From an uncultured Dehalococcoidia bacterium (GTDB lineage: Bacteria > Chloroflexota > Dehalococcoidia > Lucifugimonadales > UBA1127): a stretch of DNA of 64,000 nucleotides. The notes below the pieces were generated by a model. It made no database searches. It saw only the letters and a list, made by a program, of their open reading frames with translations, and was not told where the DNA came from. Each line of letters starts with the position of its first letter. Positions within the stretch are counted from its first letter, which is position 1. The stretch spans positions 1,387,279-1,451,278 of the forward strand of contig OX638292.1 in assembly GCA_951812285.1 (NCBI GenBank), read 5' to 3'. The translations under genes were made by a program, and so were the position numbers. Shown here one piece after another: positions 1 through 9,865 of the stretch.

Positions 1-428
1 GGACCGCCGAGCAGGTTCTCGGTCGTGCCCCGGTGCCCGAACTCCGGCGTGTTCGTCTTGCCGATGACGATGCCGCCGGCGGCCTTGATGCTCGCAACCA
101 CCATGTCGTCGGTGTCGGGGACATCGTCCTTGTAGAGGAGCGAGCCTCGAGTGGTGCGCACCCCCGCCGTCCGGCTCAGGTCCTTGATGGGCACGGAAAT
201 GCCGTGCAAGGGCCCCATCGACTCGCCGCGCGCGGTCTGCTCCTCCGCAAGCCTTGCCGCGGCGAGGGCCTCGTCGGCGCACACGGTGAGGAATGCGTTG
301 AGTCTGGGGTTGATCTCCTCGATGCGCCGGAGGAGGTGCGTGGTCAGCTCCACAGGGGAGAGCTGCATGTCGTCGATGAGTTCGCGCAGTCGCCAGGCAG
401 GGGTAAACGCGAGGTCAGTGTCGGTCAA
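1..428 (-). CDS. amidase-signature family amidase, N-terminal part (gene runs off the left edge)
   Basis: Not in the ORF track because it has no stop in the window. The minus frame starts at TTG 428-426, with GGAGGTG 5 nt upstream. It reads TDTDLAFTPAWRLRELIDDMQLSPVELTTHLLRRIEEINPRLNAFL..GPLHGISVPIKDL..GGIVIGKTNTPEFG, the usual N-terminal layout of amidase/GatA-like enzymes. Plus ORFs 33..455 and 151..450 are its antisense shadows. Confidence 0.75.
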   Translation of the reverse strand, partial: MTDTDLAFTPAWRLRELIDDMQLSPVELTTHLLRRIEEINPRLNAFLTVCADEALAAARLAEEQTARGESMGPLHGISVPIKDLSRTAGVRTTRGSLLYKDDVPDTDDMVVASIKAAGGIVIGKTNTPEFGHRGTTENLLGG

Positions 429-501
429 TGGGCCACCTCCGAGGGGTTAGGCTAGGGCAAATGCGGGGGCCGCGCAACCGGCTTGGCAGCAGCGTTTCGC
501 G

Positions 502-530
502 TTGACGGTGATGGGGCACTCTGGTAGCCT
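502..530 (+). promoter_or_regulatory. sigma70-type promoter candidate upstream of folC
   Basis: TTGACG (502-507), a 17-nt spacer, then TAGCCT (525-530), about 120 nt upstream of the folC start. Confidence 0.3.
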
Positions 531-652
531 GAGTTAGCTACAGGAAGGCGCCAAGCCTCGCACTTCAATCCGCGCCTTCAATCCCACCAACGTCCACGGT
601 TCACGCTTCTGGCCCCGTGCCGCGGCAACCCTGGATTCCGTGAGGAGCATCG

Positions 653-2020
653 TTGGAATACACAAGCGCCTTGCGCCACGTCCTGAGTCTGGCAGACCTG
701 GAACGCATGGTGGAGCCGCCCGGCGTCCGGCCGCGTTACGACCTCAACCGCATGCACGCGCTGCTCGACGCGCTCGGCCGCCCGCACCTCTCGACGCCGA
801 CGGTGCACGTGACGGGCACCAAGGGGAAGGGCAGCACCTCCTCCATGATCGCGTCCATCCTCCGCTCCAGCGGCTACTCCGTCGGCCTCTACACCTCGCC
901 ACACCTGCACACCATGCGAGAGCGCATCCAGGTGAACGGCGAGCCGCTCACCGAGGAGGAGTTTGCGGCGACGGTCGCGGCCGTCTGGCCCGCCGTCGAG
1001 GCAATGTCCGCCGAGGGCGTCACCACCTTCGAGACGCTGACGGCGATGGCCTTCCACGCCTTCGCGTCGCGGAAGCTCGACTGGCAGGTGCTCGAGGTGG
1101 GCATGGGCGGCACCCTCGACGCCACCAACACCGTGCAATCGCCACAGGTATGCGTCATCACGTCCATCAGCCTCGATCACACAAAGATACTCGGCGACAC
1201 CGTCGAGGCCATCGCGCACGACAAGGGGGGCATCATCAAGCCCGGCGCGACGGTGATCACTGCGCCGCAGACTCCGGGCGTCATCACCGAGCTCGAGGAA
1301 GCATGCGCCCGCGCCGGCGCAGAGCTGGTGCGGACGGACGAGCGCTACGAGTGGGGCGTGTCTGGCTTCGACCTCCGCGGCCAGTCCTTCCGCGTCGAGG
1401 GCCAGAACGGAGCATGGGACGGCTGGCTTCCCCTGCTGGGCGAGCACCAGGTAGAGAACGCCTTGTGCGCCATCGCGGCGGCGGAGGCCCTGGCGGAGCG
1501 CGGACATGCCGTTACACATGAGTTGACTGTGGACGGGCTCGCGAACGTGCGGTGGCCGGCGCGGCTGGAGGTGCTCGAGGAGGTGCCGCTTGTCGTTGCC
1601 GATGGCGCGCACAACCCGTACTCGGCGGAGAGGCTGGTAGAGGCCGTCGACCGGTACTTTGGGCCGCGGCGGCGCGTCCTGCTATTCGGGGCGTCGTTGG
1701 GGCATGACTTGCGGGGCATCGTGCGGGCGCTGGCGGCGCTCGAGCCCGAGGCCGTAGTGGTGACGGCGTCGCGCCACCCGCGGGCGGTGGCGATGGACAC
1801 GCTGATGGACGAGTTCCGCGACGCAGGCATGCCGGTGCAGTGGGGCGGCAGCGTGGCCGAGGGGTTCGCGCTGGCGAAGACGCTCGCGGGGCCCGAGGAC
1901 CTGGTGCTGGCCACCGGGTCGTTGTTCACGGCCGTAGAAGTGCGGGAGTGTTTGTATGGCATCCCGCCGGAAGAGTATCCTGAATTTCAGGATGTGCGAT
2001 TTTCTTCGCGTGTGAGGTAA
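653..2020 (+). CDS. folC: bifunctional folylpolyglutamate synthase / dihydrofolate synthase
   Basis: 455 aa. Mur-ligase P-loop HVTGTKGKGST and overall FolC-like layout. TTG start preceded by GAGGAG. Confidence 0.9.
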   Translation: MEYTSALRHVLSLADLERMVEPPGVRPRYDLNRMHALLDALGRPHLSTPTVHVTGTKGKGSTSSMIASILRSSGYSVGLYTSPHLHTMRERIQVNGEPLTEEEFAATVAAVWPAVEAMSAEGVTTFETLTAMAFHAFASRKLDWQVLEVGMGGTLDATNTVQSPQVCVITSISLDHTKILGDTVEAIAHDKGGIIKPGATVITAPQTPGVITELEEACARAGAELVRTDERYEWGVSGFDLRGQSFRVEGQNGAWDGWLPLLGEHQVENALCAIAAAEALAERGHAVTHELTVDGLANVRWPARLEVLEEVPLVVADGAHNPYSAERLVEAVDRYFGPRRRVLLFGASLGHDLRGIVRALAALEPEAVVVTASRHPRAVAMDTLMDEFRDAGMPVQWGGSVAEGFALAKTLAGPEDLVLATGSLFTAVEVRECLYGIPPEEYPEFQDVRFSSRVR

Positions 2021-2023
2021 ACA

Positions 2024-3271
2024 GTGGCAGAGCGTAAGCGTGTTGTCATAACCGGAATGGGCATCATCAGTCCGCTCGGCGAGACGGTGGAGGAGTACTG
2101 GGACGCGCTGGTACAGGGCCGGTCCGGAATCGGGCCGATGACGCTGGCCGACCCCACGGGATTCCCGTGCCGCATCGCGGGCGAGGTCACGGGCTTCGAC
2201 CCGGCGAGCTACATCGACGGCAAGGAGGCGCGGCGCATGGCGCGATTCTCGCAGTTGGCCGTAGCCTCGGCGGTCCGGGCCATGGAGGCGTCAGGGCTGA
2301 ACGAGACCAACATGGACCCGGACCAGGCCGGAGTCCTTCTCGGCAACGGCAACGGGGGCATGCCCACCACTCAGGAGCAAGCCAGGGTGTTGTTTGAACG
2401 CGGCGGCATGAAGGAGTCTCCCTTCTTCATTCCAATGATCCTGCCCAACATGGCTGCGGCACAGGTCAGCCGCATCCTGGGCCTGAAGGGCTACACCAAC
2501 ACCGTCATCACGGCGTGCGCCGCCGGCACGCAGGCCATCGGAGAGGCGGCCGAGGTCATCCGCAGAGGCGCAGCCAAGGTCGTCCTGGGCGGCGGCACGG
2601 AGGCGGGCATCTGCGAGCTGGCGCTCGGCGGGTTCAGCGTCATCAAGGCGCTCTCGTCAAGCAACGAGGACCCTGTGAGGGCCAGCCGGCCTTTCGAAGC
2701 GAACCGCGACGGCTTCGTGCCCGGCGAGGGCGCGGCCACGCTGGTGCTGGAGGAGCTGGAGCACGCCCTTGGCCGCGGTGCGAACATCATCGCCGAGGTT
2801 TCGGGCTACGGCGTGTCTTCCGATGCTTTCCACCCGGTGCACCCGGACGACAACGGCGACGGCGCCGCCCGCGCGATGCGTTGGGCGCTGGCCGACGCGG
2901 GGGTGTCGCCGGAGGAGATCGACTACATCAACGCGCACGGGACGTCGACGCCGCTGAACGACGCAGTGGAGACGCTGGCGATCAAGCAGGTGTTCGGCGA
3001 CTTGGCGTACAGGGTGCCCATCAGCTCGACCAAGTCGATGATCGGGCACGCGATGGGCGCGGCGGGCGCGGTGGAGGCCATCGCGGCGGTGAAGACCATC
3101 GAGACGGGCACCATCCACCCGACGATCAACTACGAGGACTCGGACCCGGCCTGCGACCTGGACTACGTTCCGAACGTGGCGCGAAGCGCGGACGTGCGGA
3201 CAGTGCTTTCCAACAGCTTCGGTTTCGGCGGACAGAACGCCTGCCTGGTGATCCGCCGGTTCGAGGAGTAA
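2024..3271 (+). CDS. fabF: beta-ketoacyl-ACP synthase II
   Basis: 415 aa. N-terminus KRVVITGMGIISPLG, active-site context ITACAAG, and C-terminal HGTSTP..GHAMGAAG..NSFGFGGQNA are all typical of KAS II. Starts 3 nt after the folC stop. Confidence 0.92.
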   Translation: MAERKRVVITGMGIISPLGETVEEYWDALVQGRSGIGPMTLADPTGFPCRIAGEVTGFDPASYIDGKEARRMARFSQLAVASAVRAMEASGLNETNMDPDQAGVLLGNGNGGMPTTQEQARVLFERGGMKESPFFIPMILPNMAAAQVSRILGLKGYTNTVITACAAGTQAIGEAAEVIRRGAAKVVLGGGTEAGICELALGGFSVIKALSSSNEDPVRASRPFEANRDGFVPGEGAATLVLEELEHALGRGANIIAEVSGYGVSSDAFHPVHPDDNGDGAARAMRWALADAGVSPEEIDYINAHGTSTPLNDAVETLAIKQVFGDLAYRVPISSTKSMIGHAMGAAGAVEAIAAVKTIETGTIHPTINYEDSDPACDLDYVPNVARSADVRTVLSNSFGFGGQNACLVIRRFEE

Positions 3272-3287
3272 AGGGGCGCGCAGCCTG

Positions 3288-3533
3288 CTAGCGGGCGCTG
3301 AATTCCGCCGGGAGCATGCCGCCAAGCTGCGAGTCGATGGCCATCGTGTGGCTGCAGGTGTTGTGGGTGGCGAAGAATGAGCAACCGCAGTGCCAATTGC
3401 CGCCGTCGTAGGTGACTGTGTGGTCTGAGTGGTCTCCGTGAAAGTGGACCGTGAACTTCAGGAGTGTGAGCCGCCCGGGGTCCTGGGCGTACCGCTTGGC
3501 TTTCTCAATCTTGCCAATGATCCCAGAGTTCAT
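3288..3533 (-). CDS. small SWIM zinc-finger-like protein
   Basis: 81 aa. CGCSFFATHNTCSH fits the CxCx(n)CxH SWIM pattern. Coding-like composition, convergent with fabF. Confidence 0.5.
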   Translation of the reverse strand: MNSGIIGKIEKAKRYAQDPGRLTLLKFTVHFHGDHSDHTVTYDGGNWHCGCSFFATHNTCSHTMAIDSQLGGMLPAEFSAR

Positions 3534-3678
3534 GGTCCCTCCTGGTTGAAGGTTTGCCCAAGCGGCATTCTAGAGAAGCGTGTGCATGAGGTCAACGTTA
3601 AATTTGCGCGGGTTTAGGGCATTGTGTGGGGCACGCGAAAGCGACGGGAAACGCAATTCGCTTTCTGTCGCAGGGCTC

Positions 3679-3707
3679 TTGACAAACCTCGTAGCAGCCC
3701 GTACTGT
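3679..3707 (+). promoter_or_regulatory. sigma70-type promoter for pyrG with a leader of about 150 nt
   Basis: TTGACA (3679-3684), a 17-nt spacer, then TACTGT (3702-3707). The downstream leader contains hairpins GGTACGAgtaagTTCGTACC and GGGGAcgacggctTCCCC. Confidence 0.45.
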
Positions 3708-3860
3708 TTCTGGCGGTACGAGTAAGTTCGTACCAGCCAAGGGTCCCCTGGGTTGGGGACGACGGCTTCCCCACCCGCAGCCCACTGGTTCCCACGAAGC
3801 ACCTGCTGAGCTTCCGTTGTCGTTCACCATTCATAAGCCGGGAGAAAGCGGCTGCCCCGT

Positions 3861-5516
3861 ATGACGAAATATATCTTTGTGACTGGCGGCGTGGTGAGTT
3901 CCGTCGGGAAGGGCATCAGCGTCGCATCGATTGCGCGAATCCTCAAGAGCGCCGGCCTCTCCGTCTCCGTTCAGAAGCTCGACCCCTACCTTAACGTCGA
4001 CCCCGGCACCATGTCCCCCTACCAACACGGCGAGGTCTTCGTCACGCGCGACGGGTCCGAGACGGACATGGACCTGGGCCACTATGAGCGGTTCATCGAC
4101 CTGGAGCTGACCAGCTCCTCCAGCGTGACCGCCGGGCAGGTGTACAGCGGCGTCATCGCGAACGAGCGGGCCGGCGATTACCTTGGAGGCACCATCCAGA
4201 CGGTGCCGCACGTTACCAACGTCATAAAGAAGCAGATGATGCGCCTCGCCGAGGAGTCCGACCCCGACGTCGTGGTCGTCGAGGTCGGCGGCACGGTGGG
4301 CGACATCGAGGGGCTGCCCTTTCTGGAGGCCATACGGCAGATGCGGAATGACGTGGGGCGCGACAACGTCTACTACATCCACGTCACCCTGCTCCCCCAC
4401 ATCTCGTCGACGGGCGAACTGAAGACCAAACCGACGCAGCACAGCGTGAAGGAGCTCCGCGGCATCGGCATCCAGCCCGATTGCATCATCTGCCGCAGCG
4501 ACTTCCCCGTGCCGGAGGGCATCAAGGATAAGATCGCGCTATTCTGCGACGTGAAGCCCAATGCCGTCATCCCATTGCAGACGGTCGACACCATTTACGA
4601 GGTGCCGCTGGTGCTGCAGGAAGCGGGGCTGTCGGGGCTCCTCGCGGAGACCCTGGGGCTTGGCGACCTGGCGCCGGACCTGAGCGGCTGGGAGGAGATC
4701 GTCGGACGGATCAAGGAGCCCAAGACGCCGCTCAAGGTCGCCGTGGTCGGCAAGTACGCCAACCTGCCGGAGGCCTACATCTCCGTCAAGGAGGCGCTGC
4801 AGCACGCTGGCCTGTTCCACCACCGCGACGTGGAGGTCACGTGGGTGCCGTCGGAGGACGTCGAGCAGGAGGGCGCTGAGCGGTTCCTGCAGGATGCCTG
4901 CGGCATCGTGGTGCCGGGCGGGTTCGGGCCGCGCGGCGTCGACGGGATGGTGGAGGCCGTCCGCTACGCCCGCGAGCACCAGGTGCCGTACCTGGGGCTC
5001 TGCCTCGGGATGCAGTTGATGGTCGTCGAGCGTTCGAGGAGCTGCGCCGGCATGTCGGGCGCCAACTCGACGGAGTTCGATACGGAGACGCAATACCCGG
5101 TCATCGACCTGATGCCGGAGCAGCGGGACATTACGGAGATGGGCGGCACGATGCGGCTGGGGGTTTACCCCTGCCACATGGAGCCGGGAACCATCGCCGC
5201 CAATGCGTACGAGGGGGGCGTCGTCGAAGAGCGACACCGCCACCGATTCGAGCTCAACAACGACTACCGAGAGCGACTGGAGGACGCGGGCTTACGCTTC
5301 AGCGGCCTCTCGCCCGACGGGCGGCTGGTGGAGATCGCCGAGGCTTCGGACCACCCGTTCATGGTGGGGACGCAGTTCCACCCGGAGTTTCGTTCAAGGC
5401 CCAACCGGCCGCACCCGCTGTTCCGCGAGTTCGTCGCCGTGGCGCAGCACATCACTCGGGAAGGCATGCAGCCGCCGCTGCCGCTGGACGGCGTCGACGG
5501 CTCGGTAAACGGGTAG
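3861..5516 (+). CDS. pyrG: CTP synthase
   Basis: 551 aa. MTKYIFVTGGVVSSVGKG N-terminus and C-terminal glutamine amidotransferase region (GLCLGMQ, HRHR(F/Y)E). Confidence 0.95.
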   Translation: MTKYIFVTGGVVSSVGKGISVASIARILKSAGLSVSVQKLDPYLNVDPGTMSPYQHGEVFVTRDGSETDMDLGHYERFIDLELTSSSSVTAGQVYSGVIANERAGDYLGGTIQTVPHVTNVIKKQMMRLAEESDPDVVVVEVGGTVGDIEGLPFLEAIRQMRNDVGRDNVYYIHVTLLPHISSTGELKTKPTQHSVKELRGIGIQPDCIICRSDFPVPEGIKDKIALFCDVKPNAVIPLQTVDTIYEVPLVLQEAGLSGLLAETLGLGDLAPDLSGWEEIVGRIKEPKTPLKVAVVGKYANLPEAYISVKEALQHAGLFHHRDVEVTWVPSEDVEQEGAERFLQDACGIVVPGGFGPRGVDGMVEAVRYAREHQVPYLGLCLGMQLMVVERSRSCAGMSGANSTEFDTETQYPVIDLMPEQRDITEMGGTMRLGVYPCHMEPGTIAANAYEGGVVEERHRHRFELNNDYRERLEDAGLRFSGLSPDGRLVEIAEASDHPFMVGTQFHPEFRSRPNRPHPLFREFVAVAQHITREGMQPPLPLDGVDGSVNG

Positions 5517-5610
5517 AACGAGAGAAAGCTGAACCAGAGCGGGTCTCGCCGGGAATCAATACATAATCGCAGGGCGGGGCCGAACGCAAGGACAACGTCC
5601 AAGGAGAAAC

Positions 5611-6912
5611 ATGCAAGAGACCTCAGTTTCCATGGCACAGTTGGAGGCCAAGACCAAGGAAGAACTGGTCGAATTGGCCCATGAGATGGGTTTGGAGAAC
5701 GGCGCCCAGCGACGGGAGGAGATCGTCTTCCACCTGCTGGAGGCCTTTGCCAAGCGCCAGGGCTACGTGCTCGCCACGGGCCTGCTCGAGATCATCGGCG
5801 ACGGCTATGGCTTCCTGCGCCAGCAGGGCCTGCGTGCCGGGCCCGGCGACGTCTACATCTCGCAGTCCCAGATACGCCGATTCGGCCTGCGCACCGGCGA
5901 CCAGGTGACGGGGCAGGTGCGCCCGCCCAAGGAGGGTGAGCGCTACTTCGGCCTCATCCGCGTCGAGGCAGTGAACGGCGGCGACCCGGAGCTGACGCGA
6001 ACGCGCGCCCATTTCGACAACCTCACACCCATGTACCCGAAGGAACAGTTGGTGCTGGAGTCGAAGCCGGAAAACCTCTCGCAGCGGCTCATCGACCTCG
6101 TGTCACCCCTCGGCAAGGGGCAGCGCGGGCTCATCGTGTCACCGCCCAAGGCAGGCAAGACCTTCCTGCTGAAGGACATCGCCAATGGCGTGCTGGCCAA
6201 CGCTCCAGACGTGTACCTGATGATCGTCCTCGCGGGCGAGCGCCCGGAGGAGGTCACCGACCTGCGCCGTTCCATCAATGGCGAGGTTTACTCGTCCACG
6301 TTCGACGAGCCGGTCGAGGACCACTGCCGCACAGCGGAGGTCTCGCTCGAACGCGCCAAGCGGCTTGTCGAGAGCGGCAAGCACGTCGTGGTGCTGCTTG
6401 ACAGCCTGACGCGGCTGGTGCGCGCTTACAACCTGGCGCTCCCCTCGACGGGCCGGACGCTCTCCGGCGGCATCGACACCAGCGCGCTCTACCCGCCCAA
6501 GCGCTTCTTCGGCGCGGCGCGGAACACGGAGGAGGGCGGCAGCCTCACCATCATCGCGACGTGCCTCGTGGACACCGGCAGCCGCATGGATGAGGTCATC
6601 TACGAGGAGTTCAAGGGCACCGGCAACAGCGAGATCCACCTGGAGCGCCGGCTCGCCGAGCGCCGCGTGTTCCCTGCCATCGACATCCACCGCAGCGGCA
6701 CCCGCCGCGACGAGCTCCTGCTGACCGAGGAGACGTTCAAGCAGGTCATGCTCCTGCGCCGGATGATCTCCCTCTCCGCCCAAACGTCCAACATGGACTC
6801 GACGGACGCTACGGAGCGGGTGCTTGACTGGCTGCGCAAGTCGAAGAACAACAAGGAGTTCTTCTCCAACCTCATGTCGGAAGTGACTCGCGGCCGGGGC
6901 GTGGAGCGGTAG
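5611..6912 (+). CDS. rho: transcription termination factor Rho
   Basis: 433 aa. N-terminal Rho_N ([17 protein letters not shown]), RNA-binding domain (GDGYGFLR), and Walker A SPPKAGKT with RecA-like ATPase core. Confidence 0.95.
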   Translation: MQETSVSMAQLEAKTKEELVELAHEMGLENGAQRREEIVFHLLEAFAKRQGYVLATGLLEIIGDGYGFLRQQGLRAGPGDVYISQSQIRRFGLRTGDQVTGQVRPPKEGERYFGLIRVEAVNGGDPELTRTRAHFDNLTPMYPKEQLVLESKPENLSQRLIDLVSPLGKGQRGLIVSPPKAGKTFLLKDIANGVLANAPDVYLMIVLAGERPEEVTDLRRSINGEVYSSTFDEPVEDHCRTAEVSLERAKRLVESGKHVVVLLDSLTRLVRAYNLALPSTGRTLSGGIDTSALYPPKRFFGAARNTEEGGSLTIIATCLVDTGSRMDEVIYEEFKGTGNSEIHLERRLAERRVFPAIDIHRSGTRRDELLLTEETFKQVMLLRRMISLSAQTSNMDSTDATERVLDWLRKSKNNKEFFSNLMSEVTRGRGVER

Positions 6913-7223
6913 AGCATTCCTGCGCCCGCACGCCAGCGCATGGCGTAGGCCCACCCTGTAGCAGCCCCCAGTCCGACAGGGTTTGTGAGCCTCGCTATTC
7001 CGCTTAGCGCTAGTTGGCTCACGTATTGGCGAGCAACCCCCGGACGGCCAGCCGTCGATCGCTTCTGCTTGCCGCTGGACCAGGGCCGCAGTCTTGTAAC
7101 ACCATCATCCTCGGCGCCAAGCTGTGGCGGGACGCGGCCCAGGGCGTCGAGGAGGGTGGCAGAGCACTCCCCCAGACCAGTGTCTATCGACCGTCATCCA
7201 AAGCAAGAAGTGAGGGAAAAGGG

Positions 7224-7838
7224 ATGAGCACCAAGAAACTCATTCAATATGGAAGCCAGCACTTCGGTATTACGCAGACTTCAGCTCACTCTGCGAGCGT
7301 GCAGCTCATCTGCGGCAGCCACGAACACGAGGAGTTTCTTATCCGCCTGATCGAGGAGGCAGACGCCCATTGGGTGTCGCATGGATCGGACACGCGGGAA
7401 TGCGACTGGGCCGTGGGGCGGGAGAGCCAGGGATACCCGGTCAAGGGTGAGTTGCCGACCGCACTGGAGAACGCTGCCGACCTATTGCTGGAGGAGTGTT
7501 CCGCCATTACGGACATCGCCAATTACTTCGGCGACGACGCGAACATGGCCACGACGAGCAAAGCCCAAACGCTGTATGAACGGCTCTTCATAGTCTCCAA
7601 ATTAAGCACAATAGCAGCAAAGGTGGCAATCGTCTGCGAAAGTCATGAGCACCGTCATCACATCATTGGCCTTTTGGAGAACGAAGCGGCAGGTTGGATG
7701 ATCGGGCGGACGGAGGCAGCCGACCCCAAGTACTCGCATGAGGGGAGCTTTTCCGATGCCGTCGAGGAGGCAGCGAACCTGCTGCTGCGTGAATGCCAGT
7801 GTATGAGCGAGCTTGACGCGTTCTTTGCGGACGAGTGA
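7224..7838 (+). CDS. hypothetical protein built from two tandem copies of an unknown domain of about 90-100 aa
   Basis: ATG at 7224 preceded by GAGGGAAAAGGG; the track ORF 7014..7838 is an upstream extension. The two halves align: LICGSHEHEEFLIRLIEEADAHW..ENAADLLLEECSAITDIANYFGDD versus IVCESHEHRHHIIGLLENEAAGW..EEAANLLLRECQCMSELDAFFADE. Visibly lower GC than its neighbours. Confidence 0.6.
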   Translation: MSTKKLIQYGSQHFGITQTSAHSASVQLICGSHEHEEFLIRLIEEADAHWVSHGSDTRECDWAVGRESQGYPVKGELPTALENAADLLLEECSAITDIANYFGDDANMATTSKAQTLYERLFIVSKLSTIAAKVAIVCESHEHRHHIIGLLENEAAGWMIGRTEAADPKYSHEGSFSDAVEEAANLLLRECQCMSELDAFFADE

Positions 7839-7864
7839 CGGCGTACTCCTATGTGGCCCAGCGT

Positions 7865-8047
7865 CTACTGCCGTAGCGACGGCGGCAGCAAGTTCGGTAT
7901 CGCGTCGATGATTGGGTAGGTCTGCGGGCACTCGGCGCAGTGCAGCGACCCGGTGATGACCTCGTCGTTCTCCTCCGCCTCCACCTCAAGCAACAGCGGA
8001 TTCTTGCAGACGGGGCACGCCAGGATGTCCATGAGGTCTCGCCGCAT
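7865..8047 (-). CDS. Trm112/UPF0434-like zinc-ribbon protein
   Basis: MRRDLMDILACPVCKNPL...LHCAECPQTYPIIDAIPNLL matches the Trm112-like CPxC...C..C pattern. The internal ATG at 8047 is preceded by GAAGGAG. The longer track ORF (to 8104) overlaps the upstream gene. Confidence 0.7.
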   Translation of the reverse strand: MRRDLMDILACPVCKNPLLLEVEAEENDEVITGSLHCAECPQTYPIIDAIPNLLPPSLRQ

Positions 8048-8084
8048 TGCACGCTCCTTCAAGCCAGTGCGGGAAGGGTACCAC

Positions 8085-8561
8085 CTATTGCAGCGCGCGT
8101 TCAAACACCGCCTGCATGACCGTCGACAGCAGGAACACCACCACGCCGATAATGACGACCTGGTTCGCCGAGTCCATGAGCTGCCGCCACCCCGTGCGAG
8201 GCGACGCTGCAGCCTGCGATGCCGTCGCGGGCCGAGGCCTACGCCTGCGGATGACGCCGGCCAGCCAGAACATCCACAGCGTCAGAGCCAGCTTCGCGCC
8301 AAGCACCGCTGCGTAGCCCACGCCCGCGTGCTGCGATGTCAGCCGGTCGAATGCGAGCACGACGCCGGTGATCACCATCGTGATGACGGCGATGTCCACC
8401 AACCCGCGGAACTCGTCGGCGAGCGTCCGACCGCCGCCCTCGGCCCGACGGGCGACAGGGCGTATGACCAGCAGGTAGACCACGCCGCCGCCCACCCAAA
8501 AGGCGGCCGCAAGCGTGTGCAGCCACTGGGCAACGACCAGCACAACGGCAGTAACGTCCAC
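8085..8561 (-). CDS. 4-TM integral membrane protein (CopD-like / DUF-type)
   Basis: 158 aa with four hydrophobic segments. The HTLAAAFWVGG motif resembles CopD-type membrane proteins. GTG start 6 nt after the upstream sbcD-like stop. Confidence 0.55.
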   Translation of the reverse strand: MDVTAVVLVVAQWLHTLAAAFWVGGGVVYLLVIRPVARRAEGGGRTLADEFRGLVDIAVITMVITGVVLAFDRLTSQHAGVGYAAVLGAKLALTLWMFWLAGVIRRRRPRPATASQAAASPRTGWRQLMDSANQVVIIGVVVFLLSTVMQAVFERALQ

Positions 8562-8566
8562 GCCGG

Positions 8567-9859
8567 CTATTCCTTCGCCGTCTCTTCCGCCACGAGCTCC
8601 GTGCCCATTTGGAGCGCGCGCTTGCGGACGTCGTCGCTCAGGTCCGTGCGGCCCGCCAGGTAGCGCTCGAGGGCCTGCTGGGGCGCAATGCCCCGCGCGT
8701 CCGAACCGATTCGCGGCCGCCGCTCGTGGATGACCTCGCGGCTGACGGCGGCAACGGAGTGCGCGCCGGCGAGGGCGTCGCGGATGGCGCGCTCGTTCAC
8801 GCGGCCCGCCAGCGGCGCGGGCACCGTCACGTGGACGCGGACGATGGCGTCGTTGACGTCGACCTGTTCTATGCGACGGGTCACCAGCGCCGTCGGGTCC
8901 TCAGCGTCGACCGGCACGTTCACGTCGATGGTCACGAAGCGGCGGGCGTCCACGGGCACGTGCTGCCACCGCGTCCGGTCGCCCCTCGGCGACGCCGGGT
9001 CGATGTCGACGACGCAGAAGCCCTTGCGGTCGTCCTCCTCGCTGAAGTCCACCCGCTGCAGGCTGCCCGGATAGACGACGGGCGGCGATGCAATGAGCGT
9101 CTGGTGCTTGTGAATGTGTCCAAGTGCGACATAATCGAACGCCGGCAGCGCCACGGTGCTCGGCTGCAGCGCGTAGTCGCGCCCCAGCATCATCGAGCGC
9201 TCCGAGCTCGATACGGCGCCGTTCACGGTGACGTGCGCGGCCAGGATGGCGGGGACGCCGGGATCGAGGGCTTCCGCCTCCGTCAGGATGCGTGCAGTCA
9301 GGTCCTCCTCGATGAACCGCGTGACCTCGTCGATGGGGGCGCCCTGGTGCTCGTCCCGCGCCAGTAGCTGCCCTCGTCGTATCCACGGCAGCGCGACCAC
9401 CTGCAGCGGCCCAGAGCGCGTCTCGACTCGGTGCGTGCCGAAGCGCTCGGCGACGGTGACGCCCGCGACGTCGAGCGTGGGGAAGATGGCGAGCGCCGTG
9501 GCGCGCGTCGGCGAATGGGCGATGTCGTGGTTGCCGGTCAGGAGGAAGACGGGGATGCCACGGTTCACCAGCGTGGCGACGCGGCGGACGAACTCGCGCT
9601 GGTGTGTCTGCGAGGGGTCTCGGCTCTTATAGGCGTCGCCCGCGATGAGCACGAGGTCCGCCTCGTTGCGCGTCGCGTAGTCGACAACCTGGTCGAGGGC
9701 GCAGAGGAAGTCGATCAACCGCGTAGATAGGCCCAGATACGAACGCCGGTCGACGCCCGGCGCGAAATACGGGGGCAGCGCGTCAATGTCGGCCTGGGTG
9801 GCCGGACGCCCGTAGTTCTCCACGCCAATGTGGACGTCAGCCGTGTGGACGATGCGCAC
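8567..9859 (-). CDS. sbcD: SbcD/Mre11-family DNA repair exonuclease (calcineurin-like phosphoesterase)
   Basis: 430 aa. MRIVHTADVHIG, LIAGDAYK, LLTGNHD and ALGHIH metallophosphoesterase motifs in the SbcD order. GTG start. Confidence 0.8.
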   Translation of the reverse strand: MRIVHTADVHIGVENYGRPATQADIDALPPYFAPGVDRRSYLGLSTRLIDFLCALDQVVDYATRNEADLVLIAGDAYKSRDPSQTHQREFVRRVATLVNRGIPVFLLTGNHDIAHSPTRATALAIFPTLDVAGVTVAERFGTHRVETRSGPLQVVALPWIRRGQLLARDEHQGAPIDEVTRFIEEDLTARILTEAEALDPGVPAILAAHVTVNGAVSSSERSMMLGRDYALQPSTVALPAFDYVALGHIHKHQTLIASPPVVYPGSLQRVDFSEEDDRKGFCVVDIDPASPRGDRTRWQHVPVDARRFVTIDVNVPVDAEDPTALVTRRIEQVDVNDAIVRVHVTVPAPLAGRVNERAIRDALAGAHSVAAVSREVIHERRPRIGSDARGIAPQQALERYLAGRTDLSDDVRKRALQMGTELVAEETAKE

Positions 9860-9865
9860 GTGTGC

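Noticed and set aside
3534-3860. SRP RNA or 6S RNA in the gap before pyrG (CAGCCAAGGG string)
   Set aside because: The conserved SRP domain IV motifs (GGAA tetraloop context, symmetric loop) and the 6S central bubble architecture are not recognisable. It is better explained as the pyrG leader.
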